A stretch of 64,000 bases of DNA, taken from positions 1,408 through 65,407 of the forward strand of contig DATMDM010000037.1 of NCBI GenBank assembly GCA_035557795.1, given 5' to 3'. Numbering within the stretch: the stretch's first letter is position 1; each line of letters begins with the position of its first letter. The notes under the pieces are model-generated. The model did no database searches, was not told the DNA's origin, and worked only from the letters and a program-made list of their open reading frames with translations. Below are positions 17,662 to 26,764 of the stretch, piece after piece. Origin of the DNA: Thermoplasmata archaeon. Lineage in GTDB: Archaea > Thermoplasmatota > Thermoplasmata > RBG-16-68-12. The translations under genes were made by a program, and so were the position numbers.

Positions 17662-18873
17662 ATGGCCGGTACCCGTCGATCCCTCGCGTACGGACTTACC
17701 GCGAACGTCGTCGTCCTCGGGGTCGTGTCCCTCTTCACGGACATCAGCAGCGAAATGATCTTGCCGATTCTGCCGTTCTTCTTGATTCAGGTCCTCGGCG
17801 CGAACGCCCTCATCGTCGGGATCCAGGAAGGGCTCTCGGACAGCGTCGTCTCGTTCATGAAGATCTTTTCGGGCCGGTTCTCCGATGCGGCCGGGAAGCG
17901 GAAGCGCTTCGTCGGGGCGGGCTACGCCCTCTCGACATTGATGAAGGTCCTCTTTCCGTTCGCGCAGAGCTGGCCGGAGTTCCTCGGGATGCGGATCGTG
18001 GAACGGACGGGGAAGGGCGTCCGGGACGCGCCCCGGGACGCGCTCTTGACTGAGTCCACGCCGGCCGAGACCCGCGGGAAAGCGTTCGGTTTCCACCGGA
18101 GCATGGACACGACCGGGGCGATCGCGGGTCCGATCATCACTCTCGTCCTCCTGGCGACCATCGCTGCCTCCCCCGGCGTCCCGAACTATCGCCTCATCCT
18201 GCTCCTCGCCGCCATTCCTGCAGTGATCTCCGTCTTCATCGTCTTCCTCGTCCGCGAGCCGGTCCGTCAGCGCACTCCGAAGCAGCCCCTTCGGGTCACC
18301 TTCCGCGGGATTCCGAAGCCGCTTTGGACGTTCATCGGGATCGCGAGCGTCTTCTCGTTCGCGGATTTTTCCTATGCGTTTCTTCTATTGCGTGCAGGGA
18401 TACACGGGACGACCGTGGCCATCCTGCTGTACGTGGTGTACAACATCGTGTACGCCGCTCACGCGTTCCCCGCGGGGATCTTGTCCGATCGAGTCGGACG
18501 GAAGCCGGTCGTGCTGACCGGGTACATCGCCTTCATCGCCATGGCGACGCTCCTTGTTTTCTCAGACCTCCTCGCCACCCTGGTCCTCGCCTTCGTCCTT
18601 TACGGTTTGAGCTACGGGATGGCGGAAGGAACGCAGCGCGCGCTCGTTGCAGACTTCGCCCCACCGAACATCAAGGCCACGGTGCTGGGCGCGTATCACA
18701 CGTGCGTTGGGGCGGTGAAGCTGGCGTCCGGCGTGATCGCCGGACTCCTGTGGATCGCCTTCGCGCCGACGCCGACCTTCCCCGTCGGGGCCGCGACGTT
18801 CGCATTCGGGGCGATGGCCGCAACGGTCGCGGCGATCGGACTCTCCCTGTGGAAAGCGCCGGCTAGGTCCTGA
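17662..18873 (+). CDS. MFS transporter
   Basis: 12-TM-like hydrophobicity pattern. MFS loop motif GRFSDAAGKRKRF. Start at MAGTRRSL, which avoids overlap with the antiporter. Confidence 0.75.
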   Translation: MAGTRRSLAYGLTANVVVLGVVSLFTDISSEMILPILPFFLIQVLGANALIVGIQEGLSDSVVSFMKIFSGRFSDAAGKRKRFVGAGYALSTLMKVLFPFAQSWPEFLGMRIVERTGKGVRDAPRDALLTESTPAETRGKAFGFHRSMDTTGAIAGPIITLVLLATIAASPGVPNYRLILLLAAIPAVISVFIVFLVREPVRQRTPKQPLRVTFRGIPKPLWTFIGIASVFSFADFSYAFLLLRAGIHGTTVAILLYVVYNIVYAAHAFPAGILSDRVGRKPVVLTGYIAFIAMATLLVFSDLLATLVLAFVLYGLSYGMAEGTQRALVADFAPPNIKATVLGAYHTCVGAVKLASGVIAGLLWIAFAPTPTFPVGAATFAFGAMAATVAAIGLSLWKAPARS

Positions 18874-19171
18874 TCTTTCGGCCGAGGCGCCGCTCCACTC
18901 CCGCGACCTTCGCCTCGAGTTGCTTCGACGCACCTTTGCGGTCGTCGATCTTGACGATCGTCGAGACGCGTTCGCAGTCCTCCATGACGGCCCTGTGGCA
19001 GCGCGCGATGAGAGCGAGAATCTCGTCGAACGAGCCCTCGATCACCGTCCCCATGGGATTGAGGCGGTACGGGAGACCGCTGCGGTCCACGATGTCCACG
19101 GAGCGCGCCACGTATTCCCCCACGCTAACGCCCTTCCCGATCGGCGTGATACTGAATTCCGCGATGGTCAT
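18863..19171 (-). CDS. MTH1187/YkoF-family (DUF77) small protein
   Basis: About 100 aa. Pattern SITPIG.GVSVGEYVA...SGLPY.LNPMGT.IEG...E....I..CH.A......RV.T.IKIDDR fits the family. Confidence 0.7.
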   Translation of the reverse strand: MTIAEFSITPIGKGVSVGEYVARSVDIVDRSGLPYRLNPMGTVIEGSFDEILALIARCHRAVMEDCERVSTIVKIDDRKGASKQLEAKVAGVERRLGRKIRT

Positions 19172-19218
19172 CGCCCGACCCCGCTAGCCTGATAAGCCCC
19201 CCGCCTCTTGCAAGTTTT

Positions 19219-19950
19219 GTGGCCGTCGACTATTCGCAACATGCCGCGGACTACGATCACGTTCGGGCCGACGGGGCGACGGACCGCGAGTTCTGGCTCC
19301 GCGGACTCGTCGAAGTCGGACGCCTGCGGGACGGGGAGCGCGTGCTCGACCTCGGAGCCGGGACCGGCCGATTTGCACAGCTCCTCTCGACGACGAATCG
19401 CGTCGTGGCCCTCGATTCCTCGGGCGCCATGCTCCGGATCGCCCGCGCGAAAGGTCTGTTCGAGTGTGTCGAGGGCGATGGCCACCGCCTGCCGTTCCGG
19501 GCAGACACCTTCGATCTCGCCATGGTCGTCATGGTGCTCCACCATCTCGGCGACTATGGCGCGGCCCTCCATGACGTCGCGCGGGTGGCGCATCGAGTCG
19601 TCGTCGCGACCTCGGACATGGCCACGCGTCGCCTCGGCATATTGGAAGAGGCCTTTCCAAGCCTCTTGGCCATCGATCAAAAACGGTTCCCGCCGATTCC
19701 GGCGATCGTCCACGCGCTTGAGGCGGCGGGCTTTCGGGCCCCCATCGTCGACGACCGCGCGTACGTTCGAAGGCTCACGACGGAAGAGCAACTCGACCGG
19801 GTACGACATCGGTACCTCTCGACGTTCGACCTCCTCCCTCCGGGTGAATATGAGCGAGGGCTCCGGTTCTTGGAGACCGAGATGCCCCGGCGCTACGGAG
19901 ACCGCTTCGAGATCTCGGCCCGCTTCACGTTCGTAGGCGCGACAAGGTAA
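19219..19950 (+). CDS. Class I SAM-dependent methyltransferase
   Basis: Motif I VLDLGAGTGRF. Post-I acidic residue ALDSS. GTG start. Confidence 0.7.
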   Translation: MAVDYSQHAADYDHVRADGATDREFWLRGLVEVGRLRDGERVLDLGAGTGRFAQLLSTTNRVVALDSSGAMLRIARAKGLFECVEGDGHRLPFRADTFDLAMVVMVLHHLGDYGAALHDVARVAHRVVVATSDMATRRLGILEEAFPSLLAIDQKRFPPIPAIVHALEAAGFRAPIVDDRAYVRRLTTEEQLDRVRHRYLSTFDLLPPGEYERGLRFLETEMPRRYGDRFEISARFTFVGATR

Positions 19951-20443
19951 GATTCGCCGAATCCGCGCAAGGTTGGCAAAAGTCCCGACCCTTCCGATCC
20001 GTATCCGCGAGTTTCTCGGAGAAGAACATCACGCATTGGGGATTCGCATCGTGATGGACGAGGCCCAGGGTATGTCCGAGTTCGTGGACCACGGTCTTCA
20101 CGGCACGTTCGACGAGTTTGTCCTCGCCCTCTCCCCCAAACTGCGACAGGGAGACGACCGCCCATCGGCCCTGGATGTCCGCGTGACCGAAGACCAGCCT
20201 CAGTCCGAGCTCCGGGTCGCTGAGCTCGACGTCCGTGATCGCGATGACGCGATCGCCATCCGAGGATCGGCAGACCCGAGCGAACGTTGCCGCTCGGTAC
20301 CGTCTCGAACCGTGACCGAAGGGTCGGCTCGGCAAGGGCTTCGGACTCGCGATGCGTACCTCTCCAAACGGTGCAAGCTCCGAGCCGATTCGTTCGAGGA
20401 CGGAAGCGTCGGTGCGGCCGACGGGTTGGAGTGTGAGGATCAT
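19925..20443 (-). CDS. amzA: Archaemetzincin (peptidase M54)
   Basis: HELGHTLGLVHH plus downstream Cys (CVMFF...CQPC). Encoded in the 3' part of the track ORF 19925..21520, whose N-terminal part is shadow. The ATG overlaps the rtcB stop (ATGA). Confidence 0.8.
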   Translation of the reverse strand: MILTLQPVGRTDASVLERIGSELAPFGEVRIASPKPLPSRPFGHGSRRYRAATFARVCRSSDGDRVIAITDVELSDPELGLRLVFGHADIQGRWAVVSLSQFGGEGEDKLVERAVKTVVHELGHTLGLVHHDANPQCVMFFSEKLADTDRKGRDFCQPCADSANLTLSRLRT

Positions 20444-21936
20444 CCTTTGACGACTCCGAGCGGGACCAACCGGGCGACGATTTTCGTCAGTCCTGCTCCC
20501 TGAGCCACCCGGACGACGTCCTCGACGTTCTTGTAGGCTCCGGGGGCTTCCTCGACGATTCCGGCCCGCGAGGCCGCCCGAAGATAGATTCCGTGCTTGT
20601 CGAGGGATTTCACGACCTCGTTCGCATCGTACTTCCGAGTCGCGGCCTTTCGCGACATCTGGCGCCCGGCGCCATGGCAGCTCGAGCCGAAGGATCGCTC
20701 CATCGCGGTCGGCAGGCCAACGAGGACGAACGAGCAGGTGCCCATGTCTCCCGGGATGAGGACGGGCTGGCCGACCGCCTTGTACTCGGCCGGAGTCTCC
20801 GGGTGTCCCGCGGGGAAGGCGCGGGTCGCCCCTTTCCGATGGACGACGACCTTGCGTCGCGCGCCCTCGATGACGTGATGCTCCACTTTCCCGATGTTGT
20901 GGCACACATCGTAGACGATGTCCATGCCGAGCGCCTCCGGAGATTGGCCGAGGACCTTCGAGAACGCGTTCCGTACCCCGTACGTGATCACCTGGCGGTT
21001 GTTCCAGGCGAAGTTTGCGCCGCAACACATGGCCCGCCAATAGTCGAGCCCCTCCTTCGAGCCGATCGGCGCGCAGGCGAGCTGGAGGTCGGGCAAGTCG
21101 ATCTTCTCCCGCTTCACGACCCGTTCGCACACCTCGATGTAGTCCGTGGCGATCTGGTGGCCGAACCCGCGGGATCCGGTGTGGACCATCACGCACACCT
21201 GGCCCGGCTCCTGGATCCCCAGAGCTTTCGCGGCCCGTTCGTCGTCCACCCGGTCGACCTTCTGGATCTCCACGAAGTGGTTCCCGGCGCCGAGGCTTCC
21301 GACCTGGTCCTTTCCGCGCGCAATGGCCCGCTCGCCGACTTTCGAAAAGTCCGCGTCCTCGAGGTGGCCGCGCGCCTCGATGTGGTCGGGGTCGTCGGAC
21401 CATGCGTATCCCTTCTCGACCGACCAGCCGACCCCTTCGGTCGCGAGCTTCGCGAGGTCCTGCCGCGACACTTTCGTGATCCCTCCTTCGCCCACGCCGC
21501 TGGGGACGTTCTCGAAGCACGCGTCCGTCAACGCTCGGAGGTTCGAACGGACGTCGGCTGCAAGGAGGTTCGTCCGGATGAGCCGTACGCCGCAGTTGAT
21601 GTCGTAACCGATCCCGCCGGGCGAAATCACACCGTCGTCGTAGTCGAAGGCCGCGACGCCGCCGATGGGAAATCCGTAGCCCCAGTGGATATCGGGCATG
21701 GCCATCGCGGCCCCGAGGATCCCAGGCATCGTCGCGACGTTTGCCACTTGCTCCGGCGCCTGGTCTTGACGGAGCTGCGGCACCATCGATTCGTCGATGA
21801 ACACCAAGCCGTTCGTGCGCATGGCGGGCTTATAGGACCGCGGGATTTCGTAGCGGAACGCGTCGACTTTGTTCAGAGGGCCGTTCCATCCGTCGCCCAT
21901 GGCATCGAGAAAAGCGCCTACGTGCCGAGTGCTCAT
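20440..21936 (-). CDS. rtcB: RNA-splicing ligase RtcB
   Basis: Length 498 aa. RtcB metal/GTP motifs: GYDINCGVR, HTGSRGFGHQ, NHAGAGR-like HGAGRQM, CHNIG. Confidence 0.9.
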   Translation of the reverse strand: MSTRHVGAFLDAMGDGWNGPLNKVDAFRYEIPRSYKPAMRTNGLVFIDESMVPQLRQDQAPEQVANVATMPGILGAAMAMPDIHWGYGFPIGGVAAFDYDDGVISPGGIGYDINCGVRLIRTNLLAADVRSNLRALTDACFENVPSGVGEGGITKVSRQDLAKLATEGVGWSVEKGYAWSDDPDHIEARGHLEDADFSKVGERAIARGKDQVGSLGAGNHFVEIQKVDRVDDERAAKALGIQEPGQVCVMVHTGSRGFGHQIATDYIEVCERVVKREKIDLPDLQLACAPIGSKEGLDYWRAMCCGANFAWNNRQVITYGVRNAFSKVLGQSPEALGMDIVYDVCHNIGKVEHHVIEGARRKVVVHRKGATRAFPAGHPETPAEYKAVGQPVLIPGDMGTCSFVLVGLPTAMERSFGSSCHGAGRQMSRKAATRKYDANEVVKSLDKHGIYLRAASRAGIVEEAPGAYKNVEDVVRVAQGAGLTKIVARLVPLGVVKG

Positions 21937-22211
21937 AAACGTTCGCGCACGCCGTCAGAGTCTGTCGTAAACTTCATGCCCGGGCGTGTTATCCCGTGCC
22001 ACGGGTTGGGACGAGCTCCGGTTCCGCTCTTCCGGCGTCGCCTTCGGGTGGGCATGCGCGGCCGGGATTCGTGGGGCCCGGGTTCCCCGAGGACAAGGGG
22101 GAGGGAATCGGGGGAGGCCGCGGTCCCGCGTGCGACCAGAGCTCGTCGCGCCCTTTTCCTCCGAGGTTCTGAAGTCTTCGGCGTCCCTCGTCCGGGGATG
22201 TCAGCCGGCGC

Positions 22212-23078
22212 TCATTCGAGGTGCCCGCGCGCCTCGCCAACGGCCACGATCGCCTCCCGAATGAGGCGCGCGGCGAGCAACGACGTTTGGCCGAAGTCCC
22301 ATGCAGGACTCACCTCGTTCAGATCCATCCCGACCAGGTCCGGCGCGAGCATCCCGATGACCTTCTTGACCTGCATGGGCGCGAGCCCGAACGGCTCCGG
22401 ATTGCCGACGGCCGGAGCAAACGCCGGATCGACGCCGTCGATATCGATCGTGAGGTAGATCTTGTCGCGGTGGATCGCTTTCAGCGCCCGTTCCACCGCG
22501 GCACCGATGCCTCTCTCATGGACGTCGAAGACGCTCACATACGTCAAACCGAGTCGTTCGAGGTCCACCCGTTCCTCCCGACTGTACGACCGCACGCCGA
22601 TGTAGACGACGTGCTCGACGCCGACGTGGTCCGCGATCCGGCGCGCCGAGCAGGCGTGCGACCACTTGTCGGAGAGGTACGAGTCGCGGAAGTCGAGGTG
22701 GGCGTCGATTCCGATCACGCCGATATCCTTCGGGAATGCACGCACGACGGCCGGTGCGAGGCTGTGTTCACCGCCGATGACGATCGGAATCTTCCCGGCG
22801 CGGACGACATCCGCCGCCATGTGCGTCACGCCGTCGACCATCTCCGTCGACGCCCCAAAGGTCGGCGTATCACCCAAATCCGCCACCGCGACGTCTCGAA
22901 GGTCGCGCTGGTGGTCCATCATGTAGGTCTCGAAGTTGTACGACGCCTCGCGGATCGCACGAGGTCCGAAGCGGGAGCCGCCGCGGAACGAGCAGGTGCG
23001 GTCGTACGGCACTCCAAACAGGGCCATCCACGCCTCGTCATACTTCGCGACGGCGTCCGCGAAGCGAGGCGCAGCCAT
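22212..23078 (-). CDS. speB: Agmatinase / ureohydrolase
   Basis: Mn-binding motifs GGEHS, DAHLDF and DIDGVDP. Adjacent to aIF5A, as in many archaea. Confidence 0.8.
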   Translation of the reverse strand: MAAPRFADAVAKYDEAWMALFGVPYDRTCSFRGGSRFGPRAIREASYNFETYMMDHQRDLRDVAVADLGDTPTFGASTEMVDGVTHMAADVVRAGKIPIVIGGEHSLAPAVVRAFPKDIGVIGIDAHLDFRDSYLSDKWSHACSARRIADHVGVEHVVYIGVRSYSREERVDLERLGLTYVSVFDVHERGIGAAVERALKAIHRDKIYLTIDIDGVDPAFAPAVGNPEPFGLAPMQVKKVIGMLAPDLVGMDLNEVSPAWDFGQTSLLAARLIREAIVAVGEARGHLE

Positions 23079-23122
23079 GGGCGAAACGGAAATCGCGTGC
23101 GCTTATTTGAGGACGACCCCGC

Positions 23123-23509
23123 TCAATTGGACGAGAGCTTGCGCCGGCCGAGCGCTTCGACGTACATGATTTCCTGACCGGAAGCGAGTTTGCCCTGGAA
23201 CTCCTCGGGCACGGGGAGTTCGAACGTCTCGTACGTCGCGAGGTCCATCAGCTGGGCGAGGTTGCCGTGGGTCGAAAGGACCTGCGCCTTCCGCTTGTCG
23301 ATGATCGGGACTCGGACCTTGTGGGTCACCGGATGCACAATCGACCGCTTCTGCCCGTCGAACAGGCCGACGGCCTCGAGCCTCGCCTTCGCCTCGCCGT
23401 GTTTCCCCGGCTTCGAGGTCTGGATCGAGATGATGCGACACGGCTCATCGTCGATGACGATGTACCGGTTCACCTTCAGCTCTCGAATCTCCGCTTGCTC
23501 CCAGGACAT
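23123..23509 (-). CDS. eif5a: Translation initiation factor 5A (aIF5A, hypusine site)
   Basis: [15 protein letters not shown] hypusination loop. 128 aa. Confidence 0.9.
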   Translation of the reverse strand: MSWEQAEIRELKVNRYIVIDDEPCRIISIQTSKPGKHGEAKARLEAVGLFDGQKRSIVHPVTHKVRVPIIDKRKAQVLSTHGNLAQLMDLATYETFELPVPEEFQGKLASGQEIMYVEALGRRKLSSN

Positions 23510-23551
23510 CGCGTTCGCGCGGCGATGCGAGGGGACCCTAAAAACGTTTCC

Positions 23552-24622
23552 TCAGCGGCGCATCCGTCTCCGGTGCGCGCGTTTTTTCGGCGCGACGTCA
23601 CGCTTCGCTCGCATCGGTTTGTCGGCCTTGCGCCGACGGATTTGCTCGAGCCCGACCTCGAGATTTTTCAACAGGTCCGGGGCAATTTTGCGTTTTGTGT
23701 ACGCGTCCGCTCGGGCCGCAAGGGAAATCTTCGCGGCGAAAGCGCGGGCGATCGCGCCCCGCTGCCAAGGAGGCGCACCGTGGACCCATGGATGCTGAAA
23801 GAGCACGCCATGCTTTGGCGGCCGCGATCCGGTCCGCAGATGGCGGAAGAGCGCGCGCTCCGCACCCAGGAGTTGCACGGTGCCGGCGGGTGCGCGCGCG
23901 AGATCCTCGACGCCGCCCGCCAGGGTGACGAGCCGCGCGGCGATGATCGGGCCCGCGAGTTCTGAGACGTTCGGCGCCAGTTCGCGGATCGATCGCTCCA
24001 CGTACGCCTCGACCGCTCTCCGGCGGTCCGCAACGAGTTTCGCCAGACCGGCGAGCGCCTTCAATTCGGCTTCCTCTTGCTCCGCCAGGTCCGCGCCGAC
24101 GCTCTCCCGATGGTCCATGGGCATCCGTTCCCGCCGACCGTGAATCGATACGAGCTCGACGTAAGTCGCGGTATCCACCATCGGTGCGAGCTCCGGGAAG
24201 TGAAGCCCGTACCATTCCCGCAGTCGTTCGACGAGGACGTTCTCTTCTTCCTGAAGTTCGTCGAGGGCGCCGACCGCGTGCCGGAGATGATCCTCAGGTC
24301 CGATCGCCTTGCGCATTCGCCGCTTCGCGAGCTGGACCATCGCCCCGTGCAGGAGCTCACGGCCATAGCCGAAGTCCTCCGGCTTGAGGAACGGAGGGCG
24401 CACCGGCGTGCGATTGCCGCCGGCCCGCTCCAAGCGCGGCTCGATGACGAAGACCTCGTCCGCGCGGGCCATGAGGTCGCGCTCCTCGTCCAGGACTTTC
24501 CAGTCTTCGACCTGGGCGAGGCGGTCCGCAAGGGCATTGGCGTCCATCGGGAAGAGCCTCTTGTCGACGACCGTCCCCTCATCGAGGAGGAAGGAGCCGA
24601 ACCACGTCGTCAAGAGGAGCAT
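23552..24622 (-). CDS. nop5: Nop5 (Nop56/58) C/D-box sRNP protein, with a basic C-terminal tail
   Basis: NOP domain GAERALFRHLRTGSRPPKHGVLFQHP. N-terminus MLLLTTWFGSF. This is the 3' part of the track ORF 23552..25324. A Lys/Arg-rich tail of about 45 residues at the C-terminus. Confidence 0.8.
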   Translation of the reverse strand: MLLLTTWFGSFLLDEGTVVDKRLFPMDANALADRLAQVEDWKVLDEERDLMARADEVFVIEPRLERAGGNRTPVRPPFLKPEDFGYGRELLHGAMVQLAKRRMRKAIGPEDHLRHAVGALDELQEEENVLVERLREWYGLHFPELAPMVDTATYVELVSIHGRRERMPMDHRESVGADLAEQEEAELKALAGLAKLVADRRRAVEAYVERSIRELAPNVSELAGPIIAARLVTLAGGVEDLARAPAGTVQLLGAERALFRHLRTGSRPPKHGVLFQHPWVHGAPPWQRGAIARAFAAKISLAARADAYTKRKIAPDLLKNLEVGLEQIRRRKADKPMRAKRDVAPKKRAHRRRMRR

Positions 24623-24663
24623 GGCGCGAGGCGAACGGGCTCGGTCCGTAAAAGCGTATCCGC

Positions 24664-25701
24664 CTACCGAGACTTGGGGCGCGCTTTCTTCTTCGGCGCG
24701 GCCTTTCCGGAAGACCGGAGTTGAGAGGGCTTCAGGATCCCTTGTTCCGTGATGATTCCCGTGATGTACTTCGCCGGCGTGACGTCGAAGGCGGGATTGC
24801 GGGCCGGACTTTCCTTCGGCGCAATGGCATGCCCGTCGAGATGAAGCACCTCTTGTGGAGATCGCTCCTCGATTGGGATCTTGGTACCCGACGCCAGATC
24901 GACATCGATCGTGCTCGTCGGCGCCGCGACATAGAACGGGACGCCATTTTCCTTCGCGACGACCGCTTTCGCATAGGTGCCAATCTTGTTCGCGGTGTCG
25001 CCGTTGACGGCAATCCGATCCGCGCCGACCAAGACGAGATCGATTTCGCCGTGCCCGAGGAAGTGGCCCGCGGCGCCATCCGTGATAATCGCGTGCTCGA
25101 TCCCTGCTTCCAAGAGCTCCCACGCAGTGAGGCGGGCTCCTTGCAGGCGGGGCCGGGTCTCGTCCACGTAGACGAAGAAGCGCCGCCCCTTTTCCTGGGC
25201 CACGCGCATCGGTGCCGTCGCGGTCCCGTAGTCCACCGCCGCGAGGGCGCCGGCGTTGCAGTGCGTGAGGATTCGCGTGCCGTTTCGGATCAGTTTCGCC
25301 CCGTGTTCCCCGATTCTTCGGCACTGTTCGATGTTGTCCTGCGCGTACCGTTCGGCGACCTCGACGAGGTCCTCCCCGCCGGACGCCGCCTTCGTCATCG
25401 AGTCAATCGCGAAAAAGAGGTCGTGGCCCGTGGGTCGCGTCTTTCGCAGCCGGTCCGCGGCGGCCTTGAGGTCGAGTCCTTGATGGGCGGCCTGGGCCAT
25501 CCCGTATGCGGCCGTGGCCCCGATCGCCGGCGACCCCCGCACGACCATGTCCTCGATCGCGACGGCGACATCTTCGTAGGTCTTCGCCTCGTAGACGCGG
25601 ACCTCGAACGGCAAGTAGCGTTGGTCGATCAATTTCACGATTCCGTCGTCGAACCAGACGGTTCGCATCTCCCGCGGGACGCCGTCGATCGTGACGCGCA
25701 C
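24664..25701 (-). CDS. eIF-2B alpha/beta/delta-like protein (MtnA / ribose-1,5-bisphosphate isomerase family)
   Basis: RILTHCNAGALA and GADRIAVNGDTANKIGTY. Start may be M12. Confidence 0.75.
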   Translation of the reverse strand: MRVTIDGVPREMRTVWFDDGIVKLIDQRYLPFEVRVYEAKTYEDVAVAIEDMVVRGSPAIGATAAYGMAQAAHQGLDLKAAADRLRKTRPTGHDLFFAIDSMTKAASGGEDLVEVAERYAQDNIEQCRRIGEHGAKLIRNGTRILTHCNAGALAAVDYGTATAPMRVAQEKGRRFFVYVDETRPRLQGARLTAWELLEAGIEHAIITDGAAGHFLGHGEIDLVLVGADRIAVNGDTANKIGTYAKAVVAKENGVPFYVAAPTSTIDVDLASGTKIPIEERSPQEVLHLDGHAIAPKESPARNPAFDVTPAKYITGIITEQGILKPSQLRSSGKAAPKKKARPKSR

Positions 25702-25711
25702 GGAATTGCTC

Positions 25712-25948
25712 CTACGGACGCCGCAGCGAGGAGAGCAGGCTCGAGAGCCCGGGCCGGCCGAGCACTCGCTTCATGTCCCGCGTGAGGGAGTCGTAGTACG
25801 CGAGCTGCTGTTCGACCTTTAGAAGCTCATCGTCGAGGCGGTGTCGTTCGTCGTCGACATCCTTGAGCGCGTCGAGGAGACGCCTCTCCCGGTGCCGCCA
25901 GCGTTCGACTTCCTTGCGGGTCGCTTCCATCGCGCGGGTCATCGTCAT
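25712..25948 (-). CDS. Small coiled-coil protein (78 aa), hypothetical
   Basis: MTMTRAMEATRKEVERWRHRERRLLDALKDVDDERHRLDDELLKVEQQLAYYDSL... Its ATG overlaps the stop of the upstream small ORF (ATGA). The N-terminal 60 codons of the track ORF 25712..26128 are low-complexity and overlap the better upstream ORF. Confidence 0.4.
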   Translation of the reverse strand: MTMTRAMEATRKEVERWRHRERRLLDALKDVDDERHRLDDELLKVEQQLAYYDSLTRDMKRVLGRPGLSSLLSSLRRP

Positions 25949-26172
25949 CGCCCCGGGGCGCTGGGCGGAAGCATGGCGCGGGTCGGCATTCGGTCGCGCA
26001 TGTCGGTGAGGACCCGGTTGTACTCGAGGATCTTCTTCCGGACCCCTTCCAGCTCCTTCCGCAAGGTGGTCCTCCGCCGTTCGAGCTGCCGGAGCCTGTC
26101 GCGGATCCGCTTTCGGCGCTCCCGCCACTTCTTCTGTTCATCCAGAGCGAGGAGCACGTTCGAAGAGTCCAT
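25945..26172 (-). CDS. Small coiled-coil protein (75 aa), hypothetical
   Basis: MDSSNVLLALDEQKKWRERRKRIRDRLRQLERRRTTLRKELEGVRKKILEYNRVL... A minus-strand TATA (TTAAATA, + strand 26199-26205) lies 30 nt upstream of the ATG, so it is leaderless. Confidence 0.45.
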   Translation of the reverse strand: MDSSNVLLALDEQKKWRERRKRIRDRLRQLERRRTTLRKELEGVRKKILEYNRVLTDMRDRMPTRAMLPPSAPGR

Positions 26173-26218
26173 GGAGGCCCATCCCAGGTGGTCCAGACTA
26201 TTTAACCGTGCTGTGTGC

Positions 26219-26527
26219 TCACGCCTCTTCCTTCACTTGCGCGCCGGGCAGCACGTACTTGAACAGGTCGAACAGGTTCATTGCCTGGTTCACCAGGTCT
26301 TTTGCGATGCCCTCGCCCGCATCGATGCCGAACACGAGTTCCATGTTGTCAATTTTCCAGACACTGACGAAACTCGCGACGGTCCGCTGTGTGGACGCCT
26401 CGGTCACGCGGACCTTGCCGATCAGGTTCTCGCCGTCCCGGGTCGTCGAGAGGGAAAGCACGTAGCCGCGGCCCTCTAGCTGCTTCTTCGCGATTGTCGC
26501 CATCTCGGACTTCTCTTCCTTTGCCAT
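26219..26527 (-). CDS. Hypothetical protein (about 102 aa, mixed beta/alpha)
   Basis: Track ORF 26219..26602. Start set at MAKEEKSEM. No recognisable family. Confidence 0.4.
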   Translation of the reverse strand: MAKEEKSEMATIAKKQLEGRGYVLSLSTTRDGENLIGKVRVTEASTQRTVASFVSVWKIDNMELVFGIDAGEGIAKDLVNQAMNLFDLFKYVLPGAQVKEEA

Positions 26528-26612
26528 CGAGAGCGCCTCCCGCCGGCCCAAACCGGTCAGCGGTAATAAAAGCTCTGGGGGCAAGGGTGGACAAACGCGC
26601 ATTTCGATGGAG

Positions 26613-26620
26613 ATTTATAC
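26613..26620 (+). promoter_or_regulatory. TATA box (ATTTATAC) about 30 nt upstream of tRNA-Val(CAC)
   Basis: Seen directly at 26613-26620. The tRNA 5' end is at 26646. Confidence 0.4.
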
Positions 26621-26645
26621 CGTCCGGGCCCTTGCGCGCCCCCGC

Positions 26646-26718
26646 GGGCTCGTGGTCTAGCGGTTATGACATCGCTCTCACACAGCGAAGGTCACCGGTT
26701 CGAATCCGGTCGAGCCCA
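26646..26718 (+). tRNA. tRNA-Val (anticodon CAC)
   Basis: Acceptor GGGCTCG/CGAGCCC. Anticodon arm TCGCT-CTCACAC-AGCGA. T-arm GGTTCGAATCC. Discriminator A. Confidence 0.9.
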
Positions 26719-26764
26719 TCGTTCCCTTTGACCGGGCTCGCAGCCCGAGGGATTCGCGGCCGCG

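Noticed and set aside
20593-23177. Long + strand ORFs 20593-22458 and 22221-23177
   Set aside because: Antisense to rtcB, agmatinase and aIF5A, so they are shadow ORFs.
25712-26172. Single frameshifted coiled-coil gene
   Set aside because: Kept as two ORFs because the junction is a clean ATGA stop/start overlap, as seen at five other coupled gene pairs in this window. The frameshift alternative is reported as a finding rather than asserted.
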